Shown: positions 8,267 to 17,875 of the stretch, in pieces
Layout: each line of letters starts with the position of its first letter
Numbering within the stretch: position 1 is the stretch's first letter
Origin: a virus
Reading direction: 5' to 3' (one strand)
DNA: 64,000 nucleotides
IMG/VR virus record: IMGVR_UViG_3300012277_000051
Span: 4,041-68,040 of that record
Position numbers and translations under genes: made by a program
The notes under the pieces: model-generated
Databases searched by the model: none
Seen by the model: only the letters and a program-made list of their open reading frames with translations
Told to the model about the DNA's origin: nothing

Positions 8267-9386
8267 AAATGTAGAAATCTATGGCTACAACGAAGACATA
8301 TCTGACTTGGTGGAAAAAATAAGCAGAAGCCACCGTGTTCATACGATGGTGATTAATTCAGACGGGTATATTTTGGCTGGTCATCGCCGTCATCGTGTCT
8401 GCCTGCAATTGGGAATTAAAGAAGTTGATGTTGAGATAAGAGATTTTAATTCACCAGAAGAAGAGATTGAGTTTATTATCGATGACAATGCTACTAGGGA
8501 TAAGACGGTGGAACAGAAGTCCAGAGAAGCGAAGGAACTAAAGAGAATCGAGAAGCCTTTAGCTATAAAGAGAATGGCAATTGGGGGAAAAGGCGGATTT
8601 AAAGGTACGGCGAATTCGCCGTACCTTATAGAACAAATAGAACAAGTAGATCAAGGAGAAACACGCGATATTGTTGCCCGTAAAGTAGGGCTTCGGTCAG
8701 GTAGAGAAGCTGAGAGGGCCATAACAACAGTGGAAATCATTGATAAACTCAATGAAGATGGCAGAACTGAAGATGCTGACTTGGTAAAAAGTGTCTTAAA
8801 TAATGGTTCTGTATCAGCCGCCGAAGAATTAGCCAGGAATATTGACAAGGTGGAAATTCCTGAAGACGCTATCGATTTGGTTAAGGCAGGAAAGCGCAGT
8901 CCTCACTCTTATATAGAGAAAGCTAAAGCAAAAACAAAGCAGAAGGCCCTTTCAGAGGGTGATCCCATTCAGCCTGAAACCAAGAAATGCAATTGCTGTG
9001 GTAAAGAACTTCCCCTATATGAATTTACAGGAGAGAGTAACACCTGTAGAGAATGCCGTGCTGCTAAGGACAGGGAACGTAGGTCTGGTATTTTTAAAGA
9101 TTCCATGGGTAATCTCATTGAGTATGATAAATCTATTGTCGGCAGTGATGTAATGTTAGAGGTTATTGCTGATTTGAAAAACGAGAAAGATACCAAACAA
9201 GGAATCAATTATGGGATAGAGTTTGAACTATTTTTGTCTAATCTTAATGACTACCTTTTTGCCAATCAGAAATTTATTGATGGTGCTATATTTTTGAATA
9301 TGCCATCTGATATAAAAAATAAATTCAAGGAGGAGATGACTAGATTATCGGATTTTACGCAAGTGTTAAAGAAAAATTTAAAATAA
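8220..9386 (+). CDS. ParB-like nuclease-domain protein with an internal CxxC...CxxC region
   Basis: N-terminal KPHPKN...ILAGHRRHRV (ParB N-terminal domain arginine box); overlaps the upstream gene end. Confidence 0.65.
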   Translation: MIMEKRKISELKPHPKNVEIYGYNEDISDLVEKISRSHRVHTMVINSDGYILAGHRRHRVCLQLGIKEVDVEIRDFNSPEEEIEFIIDDNATRDKTVEQKSREAKELKRIEKPLAIKRMAIGGKGGFKGTANSPYLIEQIEQVDQGETRDIVARKVGLRSGREAERAITTVEIIDKLNEDGRTEDADLVKSVLNNGSVSAAEELARNIDKVEIPEDAIDLVKAGKRSPHSYIEKAKAKTKQKALSEGDPIQPETKKCNCCGKELPLYEFTGESNTCRECRAAKDRERRSGIFKDSMGNLIEYDKSIVGSDVMLEVIADLKNEKDTKQGINYGIEFELFLSNLNDYLFANQKFIDGAIFLNMPSDIKNKFKEEMTRLSDFTQVLKKNLK

Positions 9387-9421
9387 TAATATCAAGAGGA
9401 AAAGAAAAGGAGAACGAAATT

Positions 9422-10309
9422 ATGAGAACAATGAACAAGGAAAGAGAATTAACAGTAAGGGAATTATTAAATGAGAAGCGCGGTATTCGTGCAGTTGCAA
9501 GCAAGACCATCATATCTTCTTCTGAAGAAAATATGAAAATTGAAAATGTCAAAATTATGACACTTAATACCCTTGACTTAGTCTCATCTCAGCCATATCA
9601 GAGAGATTTGGATCAGAAGAAAATCGCCCAGATTGTATCAAATTTTGATAAGCATAAACTTGGAATTCCAAAAGTAAGTTATCGAGGTGGTAAATATTAT
9701 GTTTATGATGGTCAGCACAGGATTGCGGCTCTGAGAATTATCAATGGAAATACTGATTGCCTTGTACAGTGTGAGGTACATTTTGGCTTGACCTATGAAG
9801 ATGAAGCGGCTTATTTTGCCCAGCAGTATGATGGCGCTACCAGTGTGGATTTGGTTTATAAGTGGAGAGCATGGTATGAGGCAAGAAAAGAGCCGATTTA
9901 CACCATTGTAAATAATGTAGAGAATATTGGTATTGAAGTACCATTTTCTAAGTCAAAGTCAAAGAACCGTATTATTGCATTAAAACAGCTTAATGATATG
10001 TGGAAGAAATTAGGTGCGAGGGATTCTCTGAAATTGCTTGGACTTATGAAGCAGTTTTGGGACGGCGATCAGAATACATATAACAAGAACATCATGGATG
10101 GCATGAAGGAATTTTATTTCACCTACAAGGACGAAATCAAGGAAGATGTATTCCTTAAGCAGATGAAGAAAACGAATCCTTTAAAGATTGAAGTGCGTGG
10201 TAAGTCGGATACAGTCTCTAAGGGCGGCGTGAAATTCGCAAAAGTAATTTGGGATGAATACAATTTTGGGTTACAGAAAAACCGCCTGGACTATAAATTT
10301 AAGGGCTAA
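9422..10309 (+). CDS. DGQHR-domain protein (DndB-like, ParB/Srx superfamily)
   Basis: SQPYQRDLD...YVYDGQHRIAAL motif; RBS aaggagaa. Confidence 0.6.
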   Translation: MRTMNKERELTVRELLNEKRGIRAVASKTIISSSEENMKIENVKIMTLNTLDLVSSQPYQRDLDQKKIAQIVSNFDKHKLGIPKVSYRGGKYYVYDGQHRIAALRIINGNTDCLVQCEVHFGLTYEDEAAYFAQQYDGATSVDLVYKWRAWYEARKEPIYTIVNNVENIGIEVPFSKSKSKNRIIALKQLNDMWKKLGARDSLKLLGLMKQFWDGDQNTYNKNIMDGMKEFYFTYKDEIKEDVFLKQMKKTNPLKIEVRGKSDTVSKGGVKFAKVIWDEYNFGLQKNRLDYKFKG

Positions 10310-10459
10310 TTGATTAGGGTGCATGGTCGTTAAGGCTGTGCACCTATTTATATAGAAGGAGTTTTATGAACAACTGGTTATATGTGTATTATGCATGGTG
10401 TTTGAAGTGTATTAGCGAATCTCAAACTACCCCTATTAAAATAAAAGGAGATCGTCAAA

Positions 10460-11092
10460 ATGAAAATGTCAAATCGTTTCAAAAATAACAGAGAGATTTC
10501 TTCGTACAATAACAGGAGAATTATAAATTTCAGGGATATCAACAAATGTAATGCAATTGAAATTCCGGTGGATAAGATTAAGCTATTGTATCAAATACAT
10601 ATTGATGGATTAAAGCGGTACGATGTTCAAAGAGAGGTTGCATATTATTTTATAAATGAAGAAAGGGTTGAAGGTACGATAATTGTTCATCCAGACCTTG
10701 ATGAGCCAGGGACTTACAATTTAATTACTGGTTGGAAGAATTATGTTGACGCCGATTCAATTGGACAAGACACTATTAAGGCCATTGTCGTTGACTGTAC
10801 ACGAAAAGAATTTAGGAAGATGATTGGTTGCGTTGTTCCTTATGAGTATGTAAGTACAGATGAATTAAAAGTACCGGAAGGATACGCTAAAAGCACTGTA
10901 TGCGAGGGAAAGCTAAATACTATCAGAGAGTACGCAGAACGTCACCATCAGCCTATTAAGCCTATTGTAGTGGATACTGATAATAACATTGTTGATGGGT
11001 ATGCTCAATATGTATATAATAAGGAAGCGAATGTGAAAATGTGTCAGGTTTTGAGATCTCGTAGGAATTTGGGAACTTTTGTTGGTAAGTAA
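10460..11092 (+). CDS. degenerate ParB-N-like domain protein (two ParB-like segments, arginine box lost)
   Basis: IPVDKIKL...YNLITGWKNYVDADSIGQDTIKAIVV and HQPIKPIVVDTDNNIVDGYAQY resemble the ParB N-terminal fold; RBS aaaaggag. Confidence 0.4.
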   Translation: MKMSNRFKNNREISSYNNRRIINFRDINKCNAIEIPVDKIKLLYQIHIDGLKRYDVQREVAYYFINEERVEGTIIVHPDLDEPGTYNLITGWKNYVDADSIGQDTIKAIVVDCTRKEFRKMIGCVVPYEYVSTDELKVPEGYAKSTVCEGKLNTIREYAERHHQPIKPIVVDTDNNIVDGYAQYVYNKEANVKMCQVLRSRRNLGTFVGK

Positions 11093-11161
11093 AATACATA
11101 CATGATATAATAGGGGCGGTGGGTGAGACTACTGCTTCTATTATATAGAAGGGAATGGAAT

Positions 11162-11761
11162 ATGGGATATATTATTTGGGATAAAGAAAAGGGGAAATAT
11201 ATTTCTGTTGTAGATGGTGGTTGGTTTTCTGTCGTCGACAATATAGAAAAGGCTTTTGTATGGAAAAATATCAACAAGGCCAATAACACAATATCTACAA
11301 TCAATAAGAACAAAAATTTTAAAAGACATCATCTGAATTTGGAATTAAAAGAGGTTGTGAGAGATTCTTCTACTTATGATATTGAAGATTGTGAAAATGT
11401 AAATATTGATCTTGAAGATGTGACCGATATGGTAAAAAATATATTTGATTTCACTTCAACGATTGAGAAAAGACGAGTTTATTTGAATCAAGAAATTCAG
11501 ACTTGCAGTTTGGAAATAGCAGATATTGAACATGCAGCTGAATTTTACACGTTAAGTGCCTCACAAGGATATAAACTCTATAAAATGCTTCATGATGTAA
11601 GATGTAAACGAAGAACTTGTAAGGATGAGTTGTTAATTATTGAAGCGGTACTTGAATCAAAACTTAATAGTAAGGAATTAAAGAATGTAGAAAATCGGAT
11701 AAAAGGACTTGATAAAAGGAAATATTTACCAAGGGTAGTCAATGAATTATTCGGAGTGTAA
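11162..11761 (+). CDS. hypothetical protein
   Basis: ORF track 11123..11761 with start moved to the ATG after gaagggaatggaat. Confidence 0.4.
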   Translation: MGYIIWDKEKGKYISVVDGGWFSVVDNIEKAFVWKNINKANNTISTINKNKNFKRHHLNLELKEVVRDSSTYDIEDCENVNIDLEDVTDMVKNIFDFTSTIEKRRVYLNQEIQTCSLEIADIEHAAEFYTLSASQGYKLYKMLHDVRCKRRTCKDELLIIEAVLESKLNSKELKNVENRIKGLDKRKYLPRVVNELFGV

Positions 11762-11807
11762 TTTGCAAGCAAACCTAGATTTACTTAGGAAAGAGAGGGA
11801 TGAATGA

Positions 11808-12089
11808 TTGAATTCTGTAAAGTTAAAAATAGGAAGAAATGTTTTTGATATAGATGAGAATGATGTTGTTATGGATAATGGGGCAATTATTCAAGTAATA
11901 ACCAAGAAGAGTGGGACTGGATGGAATTGGAACATACCTGTAATGAGTAAAAAATTATACGGCGATTTAAAAAAGTTGAACATTTTATATACAAATAAAG
12001 AGCTAGAAGAATATGCATCACAAAGCTATTCTTCTAAAGTAACATTATATAAATTTGATATAGAGAAGATGAAAAATGAAGGATATTAA
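11808..12089 (+). CDS. hypothetical protein (TTG start)
   Basis: ORF track; RBS aagagaggga. Confidence 0.35.
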   Translation: MNSVKLKIGRNVFDIDENDVVMDNGAIIQVITKKSGTGWNWNIPVMSKKLYGDLKKLNILYTNKELEEYASQSYSSKVTLYKFDIEKMKNEGY

Positions 12090-12291
12090 ATTTCAAGCAA
12101 TTCGACATTTAATAAGAATTATAGGAGAAAATATGGAAAAGTACATGAATGAACCGGTGGATTGCAAGTTTACCGATGAGGATATTATAAAAGAATACGG
12201 GCGATTTAATGACATTAAGAGAGTGGCGGCGGCGTTTTGTATAAAGAATAAAGTGGTGAGGCAGATTTTAAAAAGAAATGGGGTATTGTAA
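12076..12291 (+). CDS. small putative DNA-binding protein (C-terminal HTH-like segment)
   Basis: IKRVAAAFCIKNKVVRQILKRNG resembles a resolvase/sigma-type HTH. Confidence 0.35.
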   Translation: MKDIKFQAIRHLIRIIGENMEKYMNEPVDCKFTDEDIIKEYGRFNDIKRVAAAFCIKNKVVRQILKRNGVL

Positions 12292-12515
12292 TGAATCGAG
12301 TGAGGCTTGGAAATAGACTTAAAACTTTAAGAAAACAGCGTGGTTATTCCCAAGAACAACTTGCTAATCTAATTGGTGTAAGTAGATCTACTTTATCAAG
12401 ATACGAGAAAGACAAGACGAGTCCTATGATGGACGTTTTAGAGAAAATGGCAATTCATTTGGATACTACAATAACATGGCTTTGTAGTGAATTTAATTCA
12501 GAATTATTTTTGTAA
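12291..12515 (+). CDS. XRE-family HTH transcriptional regulator
   Basis: LRKQRGYSQEQLANLIGVSRSTLSRYEKDKTSP. Confidence 0.8.
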   Translation: MNRVRLGNRLKTLRKQRGYSQEQLANLIGVSRSTLSRYEKDKTSPMMDVLEKMAIHLDTTITWLCSEFNSELFL

Positions 12516-12559
12516 ATTATTGAGGAAAGTATTGTTTTAAAGGAAAAGGAGTAAACATT

Positions 12560-13252
12560 ATGAGTGGATATAAAAAAGAGCAAACAAAATTTGGTGAAAA
12601 GACAACTCATCCTGCGTACGGTATGTTATCATTTAGTAGAAGAACTGGTGGTAAAACGCCATTGTTTGGTAGCAGTATAGAACATAGAGATACAATTGCT
12701 ATGACGCTTACACATGGAGATATTACCAGAGGTCTAAACTCGGATTGGTATCATGGTAACGAAATTATTGCCGAAGTTGAAATGAGTTACTCTCAATTTG
12801 CAGAAGCAATTACCTCTATGAATATGGGAAGTGGGGTTCCTGTTACCGTGAGAAGAACTGAAAAAGACGGTAGAATTCCAGAATGCGACTTCATAAATAA
12901 AAAGGAACAATTTCAAGATGAACTAAAAGAAAGATTATCTAACGCAACTGAAATGTCTCGTTCTATAATTAAGGAAGTTCAAACGCTTTTTGATGAAAAG
13001 AAAACATTGACTAAGGCAGACAAAGTGGACATTATTAATAAACTTACGAAAGTATCTTCCGAAATAAATGGCAATATCAATTTCACTTACGAAATGTTTA
13101 ATGAACAAATGGATAAGACTGTTATGGAAGCAAAGGGAGAAATCGAAGCATTTTATCAAAATAAAGTGAATTCTATTGCGCAAGCTGCTTTAGTGGAATA
13201 TAAAGACGATTTAATTAGACTGGATAATCCAGTCGAAATTGATTTGAAATGA
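12560..13252 (+). CDS. hypothetical protein
   Basis: ORF track; RBS aaaggagtaaaca. Confidence 0.45.
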   Translation: MSGYKKEQTKFGEKTTHPAYGMLSFSRRTGGKTPLFGSSIEHRDTIAMTLTHGDITRGLNSDWYHGNEIIAEVEMSYSQFAEAITSMNMGSGVPVTVRRTEKDGRIPECDFINKKEQFQDELKERLSNATEMSRSIIKEVQTLFDEKKTLTKADKVDIINKLTKVSSEINGNINFTYEMFNEQMDKTVMEAKGEIEAFYQNKVNSIAQAALVEYKDDLIRLDNPVEIDLK

Positions 13253-13261
13253 TTATTTTAT

Positions 13262-13510
13262 ATGTGGCGGATTTATATGTGGAGATTTTTTATTGAGTTA
13301 TTCATTGAAGGTAGCTATGGTGATTTTGTAGAAGCTGCTGAAGTCCCTGGCGATGGAATACCTGTTTGTAATGATCCAGTAGTGGCAATAGATTTTGAAT
13401 CAGTTGAGGAATTAGAAGACTGGGTTGTTTACAACACATCAATAGTGAAGGGTGAATACGGTATAAAAGGGATATATTATGATGATTACTTTGAAAAAGG
13501 TAAGCATTGA
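13262..13510 (+). CDS. hypothetical protein (start uncertain)
   Basis: ORF track. Confidence 0.3.
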   Translation: MWRIYMWRFFIELFIEGSYGDFVEAAEVPGDGIPVCNDPVVAIDFESVEELEDWVVYNTSIVKGEYGIKGIYYDDYFEKGKH

Positions 13511-13526
13511 TGACAGGAGGATTAGT

Positions 13527-13706
13527 ATGAGGGATCAATTTGGAAGGGTCAATAATAAAGCACAGGCCATTAGAGACTTGGATAAGTTAAGATTGGCTAT
13601 TCTGCTTGATGATATAAAAAAGAATCCAGACAAATATCCGGACAGTAGAAATGATTGGGTAGAGTGGTTGAATGAGGATAGTGGAGACAGAGTGGATCAA
13701 TTATAA
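13527..13706 (+). CDS. hypothetical protein
   Basis: ATG after gacaggaggattagt. Confidence 0.4.
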   Translation: MRDQFGRVNNKAQAIRDLDKLRLAILLDDIKKNPDKYPDSRNDWVEWLNEDSGDRVDQL

Positions 13707-13722
13707 GGAGGAAGGAATTTAT

Positions 13723-13896
13723 ATGAAGTTTTTAGTTATTCTAACTTTTCAAGATGAAAGCAATACGTGGAATTGGTTTGATACAGAAGTAGAGGCTGTT
13801 GATTGGATTAATGGTTATGAAAAAGATTTTTCCGGACAGTATGAGGTATCTGAATTTGTAGAGGTTGATATAAAAAGAAAAATCACATTGAAATAG
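13723..13896 (+). CDS. hypothetical protein
   Basis: ATG after taaggaggaaggaatttat. Confidence 0.4.
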   Translation: MKFLVILTFQDESNTWNWFDTEVEAVDWINGYEKDFSGQYEVSEFVEVDIKRKITLK

Positions 13897-13908
13897 GAGA
13901 TTTCTTAT

Positions 13909-14214
13909 ATGAATAATTTCGAGAAACTTAGAAATGAAACGTCATCTATAGAGGGAATGGCAAAATTATTTTGTTCTCCCGGTTGGGAGGGAACTGGACG
14001 AGTATTTAGTACACATGCTGCTAAGTATTTAGAGAATATGGACGATGCGATTCAGGCAGAAGTTGATTGGTTAAAATCAGAAACTAAGGAAATGGAATTA
14101 GACGCAAACGGAGTAGAATCAATTGAGAAACATCATTGCAGCTTGTGTGGAAAATATATAGAAGAAGATAATATTTCTGTGTGTAATAGGTGTGCGTCAG
14201 AATATAAATTTTAG
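13909..14214 (+). CDS. hypothetical protein with a C-terminal CxxC...CxxC zinc ribbon
   Basis: ORF track; RBS taggagatt. Confidence 0.45.
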   Translation: MNNFEKLRNETSSIEGMAKLFCSPGWEGTGRVFSTHAAKYLENMDDAIQAEVDWLKSETKEMELDANGVESIEKHHCSLCGKYIEEDNISVCNRCASEYKF

Positions 14215-14245
14215 GATGAAATTTGAGATTAATGGAGGGAATAAG

Positions 14246-14413
14246 ATGGGAAATTTTGCATTAGAATTAAAAGATGGTAAGACTGTAGATGTGGTAAAGG
14301 TGAATGATAAAACATTTCGTACTGATATTTATGATGCTAATGGAGAGGGAGAAATTAGTGTTGAAGTTGACAGCAATACTTTTATTGAATGGGTATTATC
14401 TGGAATATGCTAA
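14246..14413 (+). CDS. hypothetical protein
   Basis: ATG after aatggagggaataag. Confidence 0.4.
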   Translation: MGNFALELKDGKTVDVVKVNDKTFRTDIYDANGEGEISVEVDSNTFIEWVLSGIC

Positions 14414-14466
14414 TAAATTCTAAGATTCAAGGACTGCTTGAAATTTACTAATGAGGGGGCTTACAT

Positions 14467-14814
14467 ATGTATATAATAAAAGATGCAAACGACAGGTATT
14501 TTGTACAGTGGATTGGTAGCACACCGGTTTTTAATGGGGATATATCTTCTGCAAAGGTACTTAATGAGAATGATGCAAATAAGGCAATAAGATCGTTGAA
14601 AATGATAATTAAAGGTAATTACGAAAAAATATTGTGCGACGAGGAATTTATAAAAAGGATGAATAGGGATAATCCTGAGTGGTATCGTCAACAGACAGAA
14701 AAAATATTAAAGCAATATAAAGAGAAGTCAAAAGAAACCCATGATTCCAATGAAGGAGCGTATTTGATATACAAACAGATTATTGACGATTTGGAGGCGG
14801 TATTATATAAGTAA
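14467..14814 (+). CDS. hypothetical protein
   Basis: ORF track; RBS gagggggc. Confidence 0.45.
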   Translation: MYIIKDANDRYFVQWIGSTPVFNGDISSAKVLNENDANKAIRSLKMIIKGNYEKILCDEEFIKRMNRDNPEWYRQQTEKILKQYKEKSKETHDSNEGAYLIYKQIIDDLEAVLYK

Positions 14815-14870
14815 TTAGGGCATTGGAGGTGAATGGTATCTCGTAGTAGGGGCCATGGCAAAACTTTTAC

Positions 14871-14943
14871 AAATAAATAAAGAAAACTGTTGACACGGTG
14901 AGAAATAAGTGATATAGTTACGTCAGAAGGAAATAAAGAAAAC
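14871..14943 (+). promoter_or_regulatory. motif-flanked promoter: AAATAAATAAAGAAAAC, then TTGACA-N17-TATAGT, then a second AAATAAAGAAAAC at the predicted transcript 5' end
   Basis: -35 at about 14890-14895, -10 at about 14913-14918; motif copies at 14871-14887 and 14931-14943. Confidence 0.6.
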
Positions 14944-14981
14944 CAAAAAACAGAATGGTATGAAAAGGAGGATATGTATAA

Positions 14982-15533
14982 GTGTCAATAGTAAAAGTGA
15001 TTGGAAATAATGTGTGTTTATTAAATAATGATAGGGTGGTTCACAGCAGGAGTATTGCGGAAACTATATATTGTGGAGAGGTGAGATATGCATATCTTCC
15101 AAAGATGCCTACTGTTGAGGGATTAAAGTTTCATATTCAAGAGAAGGCAAGACCTGTTTTGATCGTATCAAACAATGCTAATAATAGGGCTGCTAACGGA
15201 AACGTCCAGATTATTCCGTTTACATCAAAAGATAAGACCAGTTTACCAACTCATTTATCATTCAATGCAGGAGAATTTGGGCTTGCAGAGGATTCAATTT
15301 TGATGGCTGAGTGTGAGACGCAGATTCCAGCAACGTTTGTTTTTGAAAAAATTGGTGAAGTAAATGATAATAAAATCATTGAAGATATCGTCCAAACGAT
15401 AATTATTCAGCATGGGTTGTTTGCAAAACTTATGAAAAAGAGATATAATAAGTCGAATGTGAACCGATCAGTGTCTGATTATAAGGTTATCGAAGGGAGA
15501 AAACATAATGACTTCGAAAGAAATATTGGATAA
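14982..15533 (+). CDS. MazF/PemK-like endoribonuclease-fold protein with an extra C-terminal region
   Basis: RPVLIVSNNANNRAANGNVQIIPFTSK...LPTHLSF matches the PemK/MazF core; GTG start after aaggagg. Confidence 0.5.
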   Translation: MSIVKVIGNNVCLLNNDRVVHSRSIAETIYCGEVRYAYLPKMPTVEGLKFHIQEKARPVLIVSNNANNRAANGNVQIIPFTSKDKTSLPTHLSFNAGEFGLAEDSILMAECETQIPATFVFEKIGEVNDNKIIEDIVQTIIIQHGLFAKLMKKRYNKSNVNRSVSDYKVIEGRKHNDFERNIG

Positions 15534-16467
15534 TTTTTCGAAAATAGACTCAAAATCAACAACGGCAGCTAAATATATCAATGGACAGAATCCTTTTCAA
15601 TATGAGGAAGAATTTGGAGCAGACTTCATCAACTTTACTGACAAGATGATATCAGATATGTTGCTTGAGAAGAAGAGGTATTATAGATTATTCTACTTAT
15701 CGAAAGCAATAACATATTACCGTCAGTTTTATGACTACTGTATGAGTTGTGGATATATTAATTATAATCCTGTAAGTGATAATTCCATATATTTTACTTA
15801 TTCCTATATGTTGCAAAAAATTGTTAAACTCGGAAATGTAGAATTATATTCAAGAAATTATATTACGAGTAAGTGTAATGGGTTTGATGAAAATACTCCA
15901 TATTACAAGTCAATCGCCCTGTCCATCTATGAAGGGGTTAAAGACTATAACGCATTATCTAAGATAAAGTACAGTGATGTTGATTTTCAAAAAGGTACTA
16001 TTAAAGTTGCCGATGATCATATAAAAATATCAGAAGAATTGCTTCAGACATATAAAGACATGTATGATATGAATTCCTTTAAGAATATGTCAAGACAAGA
16101 ATACTTTTTATTTGATGATTCTATTGATTCTTTAATAAGACAGTTTCAGAAAAGAGGAGATGGAAAATCAAGCAATGACTTGGTTAGATTTGCAAGATTT
16201 ATGAGTTTGAAAATTGTTGAAACAGGATTAGACTGTAATTTTATTTATGACTCTGGATTGATATTTAGGTTATCAGAAATTCTTGGAAAAGAAAGATTGG
16301 TAGAAATTCTTGAATATGATAGTGGCTTAAGTAAAAAAGAAAAAATAGAGAATAATAAGGCTATGCAAGCTGCCCTTATAAAAGCAGGAAGCAATCTTCT
16401 GTGTAAAAACTTCTTGTTTGACTATAGAGTGTATGGCGTTTGTTTGAAAAATAATTTAATAAAATAA
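15508..16467 (+). CDS. hypothetical protein
   Basis: ORF track. Confidence 0.45.
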   Translation: MTSKEILDNFSKIDSKSTTAAKYINGQNPFQYEEEFGADFINFTDKMISDMLLEKKRYYRLFYLSKAITYYRQFYDYCMSCGYINYNPVSDNSIYFTYSYMLQKIVKLGNVELYSRNYITSKCNGFDENTPYYKSIALSIYEGVKDYNALSKIKYSDVDFQKGTIKVADDHIKISEELLQTYKDMYDMNSFKNMSRQEYFLFDDSIDSLIRQFQKRGDGKSSNDLVRFARFMSLKIVETGLDCNFIYDSGLIFRLSEILGKERLVEILEYDSGLSKKEKIENNKAMQAALIKAGSNLLCKNFLFDYRVYGVCLKNNLIK

Positions 16468-16514
16468 TCCTTGAGTTTAAACGTCTATTAATGGCGTTTA
16501 AATTTAAGGAACTG

Positions 16515-16531
16515 AAATAAATAAAGAAAAC
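16515..16531 (+). promoter_or_regulatory. 5'UTR copy of the AAATAAATAAAGAAAAC motif just upstream of the RBS of the 16549 gene
   Basis: Exact 17-mer, preceded by a hairpin at about 16476-16502. Confidence 0.5.
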
Positions 16532-16548
16532 CAAAATGGAGGAATATA

Positions 16549-16875
16549 ATGGCTGAAATCGTTGAAGAGATTTTAAGCAATCAATCAAGAGGTTGCATAA
16601 TTAGTATATTTACACCAACTGATAGTGATAAATACTTTATGAGAAAATATTGTGCAGCGATTAACAACAATGGTATGCATTTAATATTAAGAGATGATAA
16701 AAATAATGATTTAAGTATCAGCATTTCTATCGGTAATATTAAACTTCTGAATAAAGAGGAACTTTTTGATAATTCAATATTACTTGATTTTTTGACGGAA
16801 GACAATATTAGATATGAAATGTACATAGCCGATTCATTTTACTCAGCGGACATGCCTTTGGATCAAATGCCATAA
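16549..16875 (+). CDS. hypothetical protein
   Basis: ORF track; RBS ggagg. Confidence 0.45.
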   Translation: MAEIVEEILSNQSRGCIISIFTPTDSDKYFMRKYCAAINNNGMHLILRDDKNNDLSISISIGNIKLLNKEELFDNSILLDFLTEDNIRYEMYIADSFYSADMPLDQMP

Positions 16876-16906
16876 TTGATGGTGCATTTTTTAAAAACAT
16901 ACACAA

Positions 16907-16919
16907 AAATAAAGAAAAC
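16907..16919 (+). promoter_or_regulatory. 5'UTR copy of AAATAAAGAAAAC upstream of the 16936 gene
   Basis: Exact 13-mer followed by CAAAAG and the RBS. Confidence 0.5.
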
Positions 16920-16935
16920 CAAAAGCGAGGGTTAA

Positions 16936-17259
16936 ATGATTTCTTTCAAAGAACTAATAATGTCAAATCAATTAAAGGACATAGTTATTCATGTGGATTA
17001 TATGTCAGGTGAATGTGTGGAAGTTGATATAAAAAAATATAAGCTTTTTAAATGCGAAGAACCAGGACAAGCACTGGTGGTGGGCGATACCCCGATTCCA
17101 TCAATTAGAATATTTACAGATAATGTGGAGCTGTTGAGTAATGAAGAAATGCTGGGAAAAGTAATTGCAATAGAAGCCAGGCACAAAGATACATATTATA
17201 ACTTTTACATACATAGTGGGCTTGACTTTACGAAAACATCAATTGAAGATGTTGCTTGA
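16936..17259 (+). CDS. hypothetical protein
   Basis: ORF track; RBS gcgaggg. Confidence 0.45.
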   Translation: MISFKELIMSNQLKDIVIHVDYMSGECVEVDIKKYKLFKCEEPGQALVVGDTPIPSIRIFTDNVELLSNEEMLGKVIAIEARHKDTYYNFYIHSGLDFTKTSIEDVA

Positions 17260-17297
17260 AAATGCGTATTTTATTAGAAAAAACAGGAGGAAAGAAA

Positions 17298-17594
17298 ATG
17301 GGATATTACGGTAATAATGTCGAGCCAGAAAAGAAAATAGTAAAAATAAAGATTGAATTTGAAGCCATACCAATTAGACATATGGCTGTGCAATGCCCAG
17401 ATTGCAAAAACTGGTTTCATGGAGCCGACATTTATAAAGATGGCTGTAGCTATAAGCACGATATTTTTTGGAACGAATGTGAATGTCCAAAATGCGGAAG
17501 CCGGTTTATAGTATCGGAGAACAGCGATTTAGGTAGTGCTAATTTCCCAGAGTTTTATAAAGAATGTCTTCAGAAGAAAGAGGTGTGGGAATGA
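17298..17594 (+). CDS. zinc-ribbon protein (CPDCKNW...CECPKCG)
   Basis: Internal ATG after acaggaggaaagaaa. Confidence 0.4.
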   Translation: MGYYGNNVEPEKKIVKIKIEFEAIPIRHMAVQCPDCKNWFHGADIYKDGCSYKHDIFWNECECPKCGSRFIVSENSDLGSANFPEFYKECLQKKEVWE

Positions 17595-17833
17595 CTTTAG
17601 AAAAAGTTAACGAACTGATGGTGCTTTGTGAATTAGAGCAGTCAATCTTATGTTTGGGAAAAATTGAAGAGGCGAAAGAAGGCTACTTTGCTGATGAAAT
17701 TGAAAATCCTCGACTAGAAAAGTTCTATCGGCTACAAAACAAATACCATTATGGTTGGTATATAGCTCGTGATGATATAGATGAACAGATAGTACAGATC
17801 AATAAGTTTAAGGAGCATATTCTTAAACAATAA
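17591..17833 (+). CDS. hypothetical protein
   Basis: ATG after agaggtgtggga; overlaps the upstream stop. Confidence 0.35.
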   Translation: MTLEKVNELMVLCELEQSILCLGKIEEAKEGYFADEIENPRLEKFYRLQNKYHYGWYIARDDIDEQIVQINKFKEHILKQ

Positions 17834-17875
17834 TTGCGAACAAACTCGTGTTTGATTTAGAAAGTAGGTAATTAG

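Noticed and set aside
10366-10488. 40-aa ORF with a strong RBS (gaaggag) overlapping the start of the 10460 gene
   Set aside because: It could be a leader peptide, but it overlaps the next gene's RBS and start in another frame. There is not enough support to call it.
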